Of a DNA stretch of 64,000 bases, positions 39,874 to 51,900 are shown one piece after another (the first letter of the stretch is position 1; every line of letters starts with the position of its first letter). A program made the position numbers and the translations under genes. The notes under the pieces are model-generated. The model searched no databases. It was not told the DNA's origin and was given only the letters and a program-made list of their open reading frames with translations. This stretch comes from Macrostomum lignano (taxonomy: Eukaryota): positions 62,001 to 126,000 of the forward strand of contig NIVC01000977.1 in assembly GCA_002269645.1 (NCBI GenBank), written 5' to 3'.

Positions 39874-40946
39874 AGCCAAGTTCTTATTTTGCTTATCCAT
39901 TTTCCTGTTGAACTTTTGTTGGAAAGTATAATCGGAATCACGCTCTATATGGTTATATAATTGTTGTTTAGTTTGTCTTCAACTTTCGGATTCGGGCTTC
40001 AAACACATATTGTCGGATAATTACTCGTAATTGTACTTTATAGCCATGCCTTCACTGTAATTTGTATGGTCGTTTAGCATGCTGCTTGGTAATACTGCAC
40101 AAGCAATTATTCTAATTAGTCTTCGGCACTTGTCCAGTTTTCCAATCGCATTCGTCTGCCTGCTCGTGCTCATTGAGTTCATTTGCTTGTGAAACATATT
40201 GACTATATTTTTTGTATAAATTAGAGAACTATATATTTTGCCTATATTTCTTTATCCAACATGTTTGCCCTAATTAATGCACTCCTCTGCCATTACCGTT
40301 AACTTCAAGGCTACCACATACAGTCCAAATTTAGAGATTCGCACAGAGAGCTTATAGAATAATGACAACCCTAGTAACCCTAATTCCTAAAGCCCTAACC
40401 TAATTCGTCAATTGTCGTGTCCCATACTTTGTGCAATTTTGTTTCAACTATCATAAAAACCCAATTTATTTTTGTCTCCATTCTTGTACAGTAACAATTT
40501 TTCGAAATGAAACGCCACATAGTTAAGAGTATGCTTTTGCCTATTATCAGCCATGGTTCGTTGTTTTTTTGCATTTTCTAATCCATCCAAGTAATGATCA
40601 TTATCGAAAAAAATATAAATCAAAAAACGTCAAAACGGTATTAACGCTTATTACGTACCCGTCGCCTGCAAACACGCACACACAAACGCATATTTCAGTA
40701 ATTTCGATTCTATTATTTATTAGCAAAAGCAAACTATGTACGGCTCGTACAAATGTGCGGATTTATGGGCTTATAAATAAATGAATGAAATCAGATGTTG
40801 AGCAGGTAAACTTTTACTGCTATTGCCAATCAGCTAGAACCCCACGTAACAGGTAAACAAATGGTTTAAGTGCATATTTTGTACAAAAAGTGCAGGCTGT
40901 AAGGAAAACTAACATATCTGGGCTGATTTAGAATATATACATCCAC

Positions 40947-41011
40947 TGGCGGAACCAGGCAGGAAGGTCAAGGGGTCGTCTGACCCACGAGGAAAAATCC
41001 TGTGTCCGCCA
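40947..41011. mobile_element. Very short inverted-repeat element
   Basis: TGGCGGAACCAGG ... CCTGTGTCCGCCA (imperfect 13-bp IR). Confidence 0.4.
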
Positions 41012-41467
41012 ATATAAAATTCTATACGCTTGTAGACACGATTTAAAAAAAACGATGCTGTCTAAAATTACAACACGTTTTTAAAGAGGAATTCAATTAT
41101 GAAACAATCTGCTTTGTTAAACTTGAGAGAGCTCCGAATTTGCACATATTGAGTCATTATCGTTCACGATTAATTATGGCTGGCGTATGACTTGGCCTTA
41201 ATTATTGGGATTTCTAACTAACCTGTTTAAGAACTTCCACGTCCATATCTAATTTCATTACGCACTTGAATCTTTGAATGACAATTTCTGGGTGCAAAGC
41301 ACAAAAAATTAGTTTTAATGACGACTTGCTCCGAGCGGTCTTGGTTTAAACCCATCCATCGCCTGTTCCCCTGTGTTCTAGCGTTCACCGGAGGTTAAGA
41401 TGATCGAGAAAATTACTTTTAGAACACGGGGCGTGGTCGTGGAGAAGGACGCTTTAAAGACAGCTTG

Positions 41468-44400
41468 TCAGTCTTGCAGCAGTTTGTCAATCGTTCTCTG
41501 CTTATACGAATCAAAGATAATGCCGCTTTTGCCGCCGCTGGCTGGCGCGGTCGCACTCGCTGAACTGAGCTGGTACTGATGCTGCTGCTGGTGCTGCATC
41601 TCAACGTAGAGCAAAGTGTCGTCCGAGTACACAGAGTCTGTGTCGCCAGGCTGACGTAGCTGGGAAGATTGCCCATCCACATCTGTCGATGCTTGAGAGA
41701 CGAAGCTGAGCTCCGAGGTGAGCAGCGGCGGCTTGTTGGCTGGCGATTTCGGCTCCTCGGCTACAAGCGGTACCGCTGCGGCGTTGGACTTTCGCTGCTT
41801 CTGTTGCGGTTGCCGCTGGTTGCTATTGGCGCCAGCAGCTTCGGGAGCCGTTGCTGCGGCTTCTGGTGCCAGCTGCGCCAGACGAGCCTCGCTGTCTCGC
41901 AGTTGCGTGCGCAGCCGGCGTATCTCTTCGGCTTGGTCGCTTAGCTGCGTTGATAACTCAACGATTAACGACTTGCTGCCGCTGTTGTTGTTGTCGTTAC
42001 CATTGCCGGCATTGTCAGGGTTGGCGGCGGCTCCAGCTGGCGGCCGCGGGCTCGTCACGGACACGAGGGCCGTCTCTGACAGGCCTAGTCGCTCTGTAGG
42101 TTAGATACGAGTTTGTTCAGCCGGATCTACAGGTAGTGGTAAAAGACTAGCAATCTGCGCCCCCCCCCCCCCTGTTTGCAGACTTCTGTAAATTCCGTGG
42201 GTCAGAGAGGCATAGGAGGGGAAAGGGTAGGGGTAGAGAGAGATGCTGCTATTTTATTTGATTTTGAACTTTTACTTGATGCCAGCTGGCAGCCTGATGG
42301 TTTTTGACTTGGCATCCTGGATTCACTGTGACTTAGATGCTTTAAAACAGGGGTCGGCTATCTGGCCCTCAGGGTCCTTAAAAATTAACAATAGCAAACC
42401 GGCCTGCTCAGATTTGTCTCTTCTCAGCTCTCTTTTCTTTTTTTCTACTGTCCCCTCCTCTCCTCTCTCTTCTCTTCTCTCCTCTCTCATCTTCTCTCTC
42501 CTCTCTCCCCCCTCTCTCATCTCCTCTCTCCCCTCCTCTCTCCCCTCCTCTCTCATCTCCTCTCTCTTCTCTCCCCTCCTCTTTCCTCTTTCCTCTCTCA
42601 TCTCCTTTCTCTTCTCTCTCCCTCGTCTCTCAACGCTGCCCTCCTCTCTCTTCTCTCCCCTCTCCTCCTCTCATCTCCACTTTCTCTCCTATCTCCCCTC
42701 CTCTCTCCTCTGTCCCCTCCTCTCCCCTCCTCTCTCATCTCCACCCTCTCTTCTCTCCCCTCCTCTCTTCTACAGTATATCTGCATGGCTCTTAAGTTAA
42801 AAAGGTTTTCCGACCCGTGCTTTAAAAAATCCAACCCCACACCTACTAGCTCGATCGAAGACTTTACAAGTTTACATGCGTTAGCTGCATGATGTCAACG
42901 ATGCAAAAAGGCGTCACCTTTGAGCTGTCTGTTCTCCAGGTTAAGCTGGTGCACCTCCTGTCGCAGCTCCATGATGCGGATAGTGGTCGATTGTCGCAGT
43001 TCAGCCACTTGGCCAACTAATTCTCGAATTTTCTTTTTGTGACGAGATTTCTGCGGAATTGCAAAGTGAAATTGCGCCCTTCAGGTGATTCTGAACAGAT
43101 TAGGACAGGATTATTGTGACCGATTTTGGTGTCCGAGGAGAGTCAATTGGGATGTTAGAAAGGGATGCGATTTAGGTGTCCGAGGGAAGGAATTCGTGTC
43201 TACAAGGGAAGAAACTCGGGTGTCCGAAACGGAGGAATTTCGGCGTCCGAAGGTGAGGAATTTGGGTGTCCGAAAAGGAGGAATTTGGGTGTCCGAGAGG
43301 GAGGAATTTGGGTGTCCGAAGTGGAGGAATTTGGGTGTCAAAGAGGAGGATTTTGGGTGTCCGAGAGGTAGGAATTTGGGTGTCCGAGGGAAGGAATTCC
43401 GGTGTCCGAGGGGGAGAAATTTGGGTGTCCGAGGAACCCAATGGATTAGGGCCGATTGGAGTGGCCAAAGAGAGCTCACCTGTTTCGCCGCTTCCGCTCG
43501 CTCCTTGGCTGCGGCCTCCTCAAGCTGACGGATGCGCAGGTCGCGCAGTCGGAGGCTCTCGTCCGGCGTGGCCGGCTCCTCCCGGGTGCGCAAGTCTCGA
43601 ATCAGTCGGAGCTCTTCATCGCGTCTCCGCAACTGGCTGGCCAAGTCTGACAGCTCTTCCTGCTGGCGCTGGATCTGACCGAGATGAATAGGATTAGTGC
43701 TGACAAGGGGAATCTTCCCAAAATACCCCCATTAGTAGTGGGAGTAGCTATCCTGCATTCCCTGTTCTCTACCACCAGTGAGTAGCTATCCTGCATTCCC
43801 TGTTCTCTACCACCAGTGAGTAGCTATCCTGCATTCCATGTTCTCTACCACCAGTGAGTAGCTATCCTGCATTCCCTGTTCTCTACCACCAGTGAGTAGC
43901 TATCCTGCATTCCCTGTTCTCTACCACCAGTGAGTAGCTATCCTGCATTCCCTGTTCTCTACCACCAGTGAGTAGCTAGCCTACATTCCCTGTTCTCTAC
44001 CACCAGTGAGTAGCTATCCTGCATTCCATGTTCTCTACCACCAGTGAGTAGATATCCTGCATTCCCTGTTCTCTTCTAACCAGTGAGTACTATCCTGCAT
44101 TCCCTGTTCTCTTCTAACCAGTGAGTAGCTATCCTGCATTCCCTGTTCTCTTCTAACCAGTGAGTACTATCCTGCATTCCCTGTTCTCTTCTAACCAGTG
44201 AGTAGCTATCCTGCATTCCCTATTCTCTACCACCAGTGAGTACTATCCTGCATTCCCTGTTCTCTTCTAACCAGTGAGTAGCTATCCTGCATTCCCTGTT
44301 CTCTTCTAACCAGTGAGTAGCTATCCTGCATTCCCTGTTCTCTACCACCAGTGAGTACTATCCTGCATTCCCTGTTCTCTTCTAACCAGTGAGTAGCTAT

Positions 44401-45083
44401 CCTGCATTCCCTGTTCTCTACCACCAGTGAGTACTATCCTGCATTCCCTGTTCTCTTCTAACCAGTGAGTAGCTATCCTGCATTCCTTGTTCTCTACTCA
44501 AAAAGTAGCTACCGTTTTGAATGTGTTTTACAGTGGTATTCGCAGTGATTAGGTATGCAATAACGTATAACCGAAGATTTAAACAATATAATAAACTGTT
44601 ATAATCAACCCATACCGTATTCAATGCTCGCAGATGTTCCTGCTGTGGGTCATCTGCTGTCCACGCGCCCGCTGCTGTTGCTGTTGAATAATTTCGAGAC
44701 TCATCCTTAAAAAAGCATCAAATTAATCAACAAGTTTTTTTTCGAAATATGTATTTTCAACGTAACGAATAAATGCTTTTTAATTAAAGGATAAGAAAGC
44801 TTACAGATTCATTCGTACGACCATCGCTGCTGGTTGTCCTAAGTTTTGAATCATTTCTACAACAAAATAAGTGAAAGCTTAGCAAACTAATTGCAAATTG
44901 GCAAGGCAGGCGGCACAAATTAGTAGCATAAATTTTCGTAAATCGATTTATTTTTTTTACAAACGGAAACCCAATGTATGCAGTACAAATAGCTATAGAA
45001 AAATTAGCCTACCTTATTCTTGATCTATCAACAGACGGCGGCAAAGGTTCGCCTTTTTCAAGGCTTGCAGAAGTTCCCATTAC
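41468..45083 (-). CDS. Uncharacterised coiled-coil protein, about 390 aa; exons ~45083-45014, 44856-44805, 44705-44616, 43674-43480, 43050-42918, 42093-41468
   Basis: GT-AG junctions give one open frame: ...NDSKLRTTSSDGRTNES|DESRNYS...LRALNT|IQRQQEELSDLASQLRRRDEEL...AAKQ|KSRHKKKIRELVGQVAELRQ...NRQLK|ERLGLSE...DKLLQD*. The 5' start is unresolved. Confidence 0.8.
42348..42819. mobile_element. hAT (Charlie-like) MITE with 8-bp TSD and internal CT-rich tract
   Basis: Ends CAGGGGTCGG / CCGACCCGTG; CTTTAAAA duplicated on both sides (42340-42347, 42820-42827). Lies in the last intron of the coiled-coil gene. Confidence 0.85.
43120..43435. repeat. ~22-bp degenerate intronic minisatellite (GAGGAATTTGGGTGTCCGA...)
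   Basis: Direct reading. Confidence 0.88.
43730..44495. repeat. ~38-bp intronic minisatellite (CCAGTGAGTAGCTATCCTGCATTCCCTGTTCTCTACCA)n
   Basis: Direct reading. Confidence 0.95.
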
Positions 45084-45973
45084 CTGTATCAAGCGATCAC
45101 AGTGAATATATTATTAGAGTCTCGTTCTTAGTCTGTTGGACTAAGTCCTTAATAAGAATTGTATAATATTTGTAGCTAGCTACGGCTTGAAAACCGAAAT
45201 GCATTGGACTGTTGTTGGTTTATCTTAACGGTAAGAAGAGAAACGAGTGTGTAGTAATTTTTTTCAGACGATAGGGCATTGCTTTTGCAGGACAATCATC
45301 CAAATAAAAGCACAAATTCAAAAACATCTTACCCTTTTTTCGCAAAATACCCTGTCCTGTAACTTTAGCCACCAAACTCCTAGGTCCTTACAGCACTAAT
45401 CACTAATTGAGCTGAGCATTGATTGATCCTGAATCAGGAATAACGTATGCTGCAGGGAGCAGCAAAGCTCAGTTCTTTGATGTGAAAGCTACCCCGATCA
45501 CCTAGAAAGAGATAAGCAATAATCAGATTTAAAGTATTAAAAAAGAATGCACTCCGGGTTCCTGGCTTAAGGCTTGGCTTAAGGGTTAGAAAATTCGAGT
45601 ATTGTAAAAATTTTAAATAAGCCCTCGAATCTAATAAAGCTAAGTCATTAGCATTTTTATTAAAAATATTTTTGGTAACTGATTTATTATGCTTTATGTA
45701 ACTGTTTGCACAACCGTAAAAAAATCCCCCTATTTTTAAAGACTGCATTTGTTAATATCCACTGCACAAAAGTTTTACGTTTTTTAAACTTACGAATTAG
45801 TGAGCTTTTTTGAAGGAAGTTTGAAGGTCAATATTGTTATTTCCTAATTTAGACAATATAAAGTAGCGAGGTATTTGCAAAACTAAGAATTTTTAATCGG
45901 TCTGTTGTGTTGCAGTTAAAGCGTATCAAATTTTACCTTCGCTTCAACTGTTTCTTGTTTTTTAATTTCTACA

Positions 45974-48900
45974 ATGACACAAATGGTTCATTCGAAAGCT
46001 AAAGCTTTAGAAATATTAAAGCTTGATCCAAGTAAGTTTTCTTAAACCATCCCCTCTTGTGCCGTGGCTAAACTTGCATATGCCATATGAGGGGGGAGTA
46101 TTGTAATTTTAATCTTATTTGGGGCTTATTTTTGGCCAGCCTAAAAAGTTGGGCCAATCTGCCCCCCGCCCCAACTTAAAAATCCTGGATCTGCCACTGC
46201 ATGGAGTGGTGGCCAGTGGGAAGTGTTGGGCAAAGTTTTAGCACTTCTGGCACTTTCAGTACCAGAAGTTACTATTTCTTTAAGTGGCACTTTTTGGTTC
46301 GTTTTTTAGAATGCCAGACTTAGCATTAGCAGTCACTTAGGTAATGAAAGTTAATTTTTGATAAGTCTAATACACACAGTAGGTCACTGGTCAGATCGTC
46401 ATATTCCATTTCGTCATATCAGATGACAAAGTGACCAGAAGCAAAGAAGCTTGAAAAATAATATGACAAAGTGACCAAATATTTTGTTTTACTGGATACT
46501 TTGTCATCAACCAATCAATCTGTGCATGATTTGAGTTAGTGTAAACTAACACTTTTTTGTTTAATAACTAAAAGCTGCTGCAAGCAGAACCAATCTATTG
46601 ACAGGTTTTATCAATCAAGATGACAAAATGATTGGGATCATTAGGATTCCAAGTAAATATATTTAATTGCCACAATAATTCACTAATATGATTGGTGGAT
46701 AACGAAATGACTTTCTTCAGGTAGTGCATGGTAATTAAGATGACGAAGTGACCATAGTTGAGGTGAGCACCCCAGACACCTAGATGACGAAATGGCAGAT
46801 GACAAAATGACTAGGAACCACACAGTACATCCGGTAATTGAAAAAGAAAACTTAGGTGCTTAACTGCCAATTTAGCACTGAATATATCCTTAAAAAACAA
46901 AACTTTAAAAAACAATTATTAAAAAATAAATTATAAATTATATGGTTTTTGCTTTTTAAGTTATTTGCATAATTTAAACATTATAAAATCATGAATAAAA
47001 GAATTATTGGTATCTACTTGAATAAGGTTATAGAATGATAGCTCCAGTGAAATAAAAAAAGATTAACTAACTTAGGCTTTGATAAGCTATGAACTTAACC
47101 TTGTGATGCCAAAATTAAGAGTGTGCAATTAAATTTTCTATGAGGAATTACAAAGTATTTTTTATGCATTATTGTTTCTTTTGCTTATAAATTATTTTGC
47201 ATAACCCAACTAATGCAAAAAGACATTCAGACAAATATATCCTGGCTTAACAACAAGCTTAAACAATGAAATATTTATTTAAATACTTTTAATTGGCAGT
47301 TCTTTAAAACTAGAAAGGATTAGTAATACTAATAGAAGTACCGAAGTACCAATAGTTACTTTTAAAACAGATGCCAGAAGTTATTTTTCTTGGAATCAAA
47401 ATTGTTTTTTAATTTCTACAATGACACATTGATAACTAAGAACAAACCTGCCCAATACTATTAGTAAGTGTTAGAGGTAGATAAGATTAAAGTGATTGGG
47501 CAGGTTTGGGAATACTTTTTTTGTAGGTTTAAAATTGGGATCAGATCTTTCAATGTGCTACAGTTTGTAGGTCTATATAGAGTTGTAGAGAAGAGATATA
47601 CAATGATATAGACAAAAATATCAGCTATTAAAATTGAAATATAGAAATATTGATTGATTGTGATAAGCTAGTAATAAATAGGGTAATTATGTAATAAATA
47701 TAAGTTAAAACAAAATATAGTCAAGTAATGATTCATTCTACAAATTTTGAATCAAACAACCTATTCTTTACTCCTATTTTAAAGGTTGGGAATTTTGGGA
47801 TCTTAAAATTTTTAAGAATATGATCAGCTAAAATTCAACTCAAATTTTGTTTAAGTCTTATGTCAATTTATTGATATGATAAAATAGTCCTATCCTATAT
47901 ACTAAGAATGAGTTGTCTGTGGGTATGTGATAGATTTTAGAAAAATTAGCTCAACCAATTTTCTTCAAACTTGCACCATTCGATCAGAAATTTTCCTGGG
48001 ATGGTACATGCATCCTGGCTAAGAAATTGCTCAATGTTAAAGGGATTAAATATAAAAAAACATGCTTTTTTTGCAAAGGTCAAGCCAAATTTTTTTGGCA
48101 AAAGCCAAAGCCAAACTCTTATTGAAATGAGATAGCCTAGATGTGAATAGACTAGGCTACTAATGTAGTGACCTGGGTTCAAATCTTAGTAGTGCAAAAT
48201 CATTTTTTTTAAAAACACCTTAAAACACAAAATGCTAAACATAAAACAAGCAAAATGTCAAACATCAAAAATGGCACCATGTCAAACATAAAAGTGGCAC
48301 CATGTCAGACATAGAGCCACCATGTCAAATATAAAAGAGCCATCATGTCAAAAATAAAAGAGCCACCATATCAAACATAAAAGAGCTACCATGTCAGACA
48401 TAAAAGAGCCACCATGTCAAACAAAAGAGCCACCATGTCAAACATTAAAGAGCCACCATGCTAAACATAAAAGAGCCACCATGCCAAAGTGCCAAACATT
48501 AAAGGGCCACCATGTCAAACATTAAAGAGCCACCATGTCAAACATAAAAGAGCCACTATGCAAAATATAAAAGAGCCACCATGTCAAACATAAAAGAGCT
48601 ACCATGTCAAACATAAAAGAGCCACCATGTCAAACATAAAAGAGCCACCATGTCAAACTTAAAAGAGCCACCATGTCAAACAAAAAAGCCACCATGTCAA
48701 ACATTAAAGAGCCACCATGCCAAACATAAAAGAGCCACCATGCAAAACATAAAAGAGCCATAATGTTGAACATTATAGAGCCACCATGCCAAACATCAAA
48801 GGGCCACCATGTCAAACATTAAAAAGCCACCATGTCAAACAATAAAGGCCACCATGCAAAACATGAAAGAGCCACCATGTCGAACATAAAAGAGCCACCA

Positions 48901-51900
48901 TGTCAAACATTAAAAAGCCACCATGCCAAACATAAAAGAGCCACCATGTCAAACATAAAAAAGCCACCATGACAAACATATGTGCCTCCATGTCAAATGT
49001 TAAAGAGCCACGACCACGTTGTCAAACAGTAAAGGGCCACCATGTAAAACATATAAGAGCCACCAAGTCAAACATATACGTGACTCCATGTCAAACATTA
49101 AAGAGCCACCATGTCAGACAACTGAGCCACCAGGTCAAAAATAACAGAGACACCATTTTAAATGTAAAAGGGCCGCCATGGCAAACATAGAAGAGCCACC
49201 ATGTCAATATTAAAGAACCCATGTCAAACATAGAAGAGCCACCATGTCAAACATTAAAGAGCTATCATGTCAAACACAAAAGAGCCACCATGTCAAATAT
49301 AGAAGAGACGCCATTTCAAACATAGAAGAACAACCGTTTAAAACATAAAAGGAAGTGTCATGCCATACAAAATGGAGCCACTATTAAGCTAAGGAACTTA
49401 TTGCACTAGCTACTTGTTCTCTGGTGGATGTTTGCTATTTAAGGATGGATACTTGCTATCAGGGGGATGCTTGCTATCTGAGAGATGCTTGCTATCTGAG
49501 GGATGCTTGCTATTGGGGGGATGCTTGCTATTGGAAAAATGCTTGCTACTGGGGTAACTTGCTATTGGGAGATGCTTGCTCTTGGGGGTGGAGGGTACTT
49601 GCTATCTGAGAGTGGGTTGCTAGATATCTATAAGGTCTCTTTGTGTCCAGGTTATGCTTGCTATCTGGGGTTGCTTGCGGTCTGGGGAATGCTTGCTATT
49701 TGGGGGATGCTTGCTATCTGAGGATGCTTGCTATCTGGGGTCTGGGGAATGCTTGCTATCGGGGTCTGGGGAATGCTTGCTATTGGGGTATGCTTGCTAT
49801 CTGGGGGATGCTTGCTATCTGGGGGATGCTTGCTATCTGGGGGATGCTTGCTATCTGGGGGATGCTTGCTATCTGGGGGATGCTTGCTATTTGGGGATCG
49901 ATGCTTGAATGCTGTCTAGGGATGCTTGCTATCTTGGGATGTTTTGTTTTTAGAGGGAATGTCTGTTGCTTTTTTATAAAAGCTTTATTTTGCTGTCTAT
50001 TTGTTATTTGTCTTGGAGTCTTTATTTGTAAAGAACAAGGATTCTATCCAGATGTCCCCATCGGCAAAGATTGCTAGTAGATAACCTAAAAACTTATCAA
50101 TGACAATTAGCTGTCTCTGGCTTTAATAGTTATCCAATCATTAGTGCTAACAAAATAGAATATTAGTTTCAATAAAATGAATTTGTCTAATATAGTATTT
50201 TGTGTCAACTAGATAAAAAAGAATTTATTACCATTGCACCCACTATCCTACCCTCTCCCATGACAATAATAAAATTGAATGCACTAGTTGTATACATACA
50301 AAAATTTTTATCCCATTGAAAAAAATGTACCATTGTTAAAATAGAACCAGAATTCACTTTTGTTAAAATAGAACTAGAATTCAATTTTGTTAAAATAAAA
50401 CTAGAAAACCATGCAATATGGCAATGGGCCTAGATAAATCATTTAAGTTTGTCATTTATCTATGGTAGCATTTACATTGCCACTCCAAGGTTCATTTAAA
50501 TTGTTGCAAAATTGTCCTATTGGGTCCAATTGTATTTAGTTTTTTCATGGCTTATCTGAAATAACAAGGTAAAAAGTCAATGGCCTAAGACCTAAAATTG
50601 GCCATTTTTGCCATTATTCTTGTGTATTGAACATATAAATTTTGTTGTTTAATACAATAACAAATTCTGGAGTCTTAATCAGTTGGTATTTGTTGCCATG
50701 CTTGGGCGCAACCTTGGGATTCACTCGGCCGTTTCTATTGGCAACACACACATGTTAGTTGCTATTGGACAGAATAGTAGTCACGTGACTGCTCTCAGCC
50801 AATAGCGACTTACATGTGTGTGTGTTGCCAACAGAAACAGCCGAGTGAATCCCAAGGTTGCGCGCATGTATGTAATTGTTGCTAACTTTGTAGGCTTATT
50901 TGTATGTTTGGCTTGGTAATGTTAATAATAATATCTCTAAACAACTTTTAGATGCATTGCTAACTCCAGCAGATATTAAGGCTGCTTATAAAAACCAGGC
51001 TATCCAGTTGCATCCTGAAAGACTCAATCAGTCTGAATTGGAGATTGTTGCCTCTGTAAGTTGAAATTCAGAGACTTGTATAATTGTATTGATAATGTAA
51101 ACATTAACTTTTCAGTATTTTTTGCTATTTTTTCTCTTATTTCTTTGTAGAAATTTCGGCTACTGACATTGGCTTTCAAAAAGCTAACAGGTACAGAACA
51201 GGAGGTGAAAGATTTGGATGAAAAGTTTAAGGATCCAATGTTTATGTGGTACCTGTTCAGTGCTCTATTTGATGAAGATGGTAAGTTTACGAGCGTATGC
51301 TTGTTAAAATTTAATGCATTAGTATTGAATTAAATACATACTTGTTGACATTTATCTAACTGGCATTGTTGCAGTTCCATCTGACTCCGATACAAGTGAC
51401 GATGATGATTATGGTAAGTGATTGAAAAGAAGTTTTTAATTAATATATGATTTCCTTTATTTCATGTTAGAAATTGGGCTTTCTACAAACTATTTGCTCA
51501 ACTTTCTCATTCCCCATCAGACTACCATCGTCCATGGCAGCTAAATGGTCATGGCGCTGCGTCCCAGTCATCGGAGTCCAATGACCATCGCAGTCCGACA
51601 TATCATAATAGAGAAAAAGTGATAAGAACTGCTGAGGTAAACTGGTTTTACCACCTTTGCCCTTGATTTGGCTGAGTTTCTGCTTTAGAATGCGTTCCTA
51701 CACCCTCAGTGCTTGAGAATCTGCCTCTCCCATTCCCTCAGTGCTTGAGAATCTGCCTTTCCGCTCTCACTCAGTGCTTGAGAATCTGCCTCTCCGCTCT
51801 CCCTCAGTGCTTGAGAATCTGCCTCTCCGCTCTCAATCAGTGCTTGAGAATCTGCCTCTCCGCTCTCCCTCAGTGCTTGAGAATCTGCCTCTCCGCTCAC

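Noticed and set aside
42243-42840. Hydrophobic and Glu/Arg-rich ORFs
   Set aside because: They derive from the CT-rich tract inside the hAT MITE.
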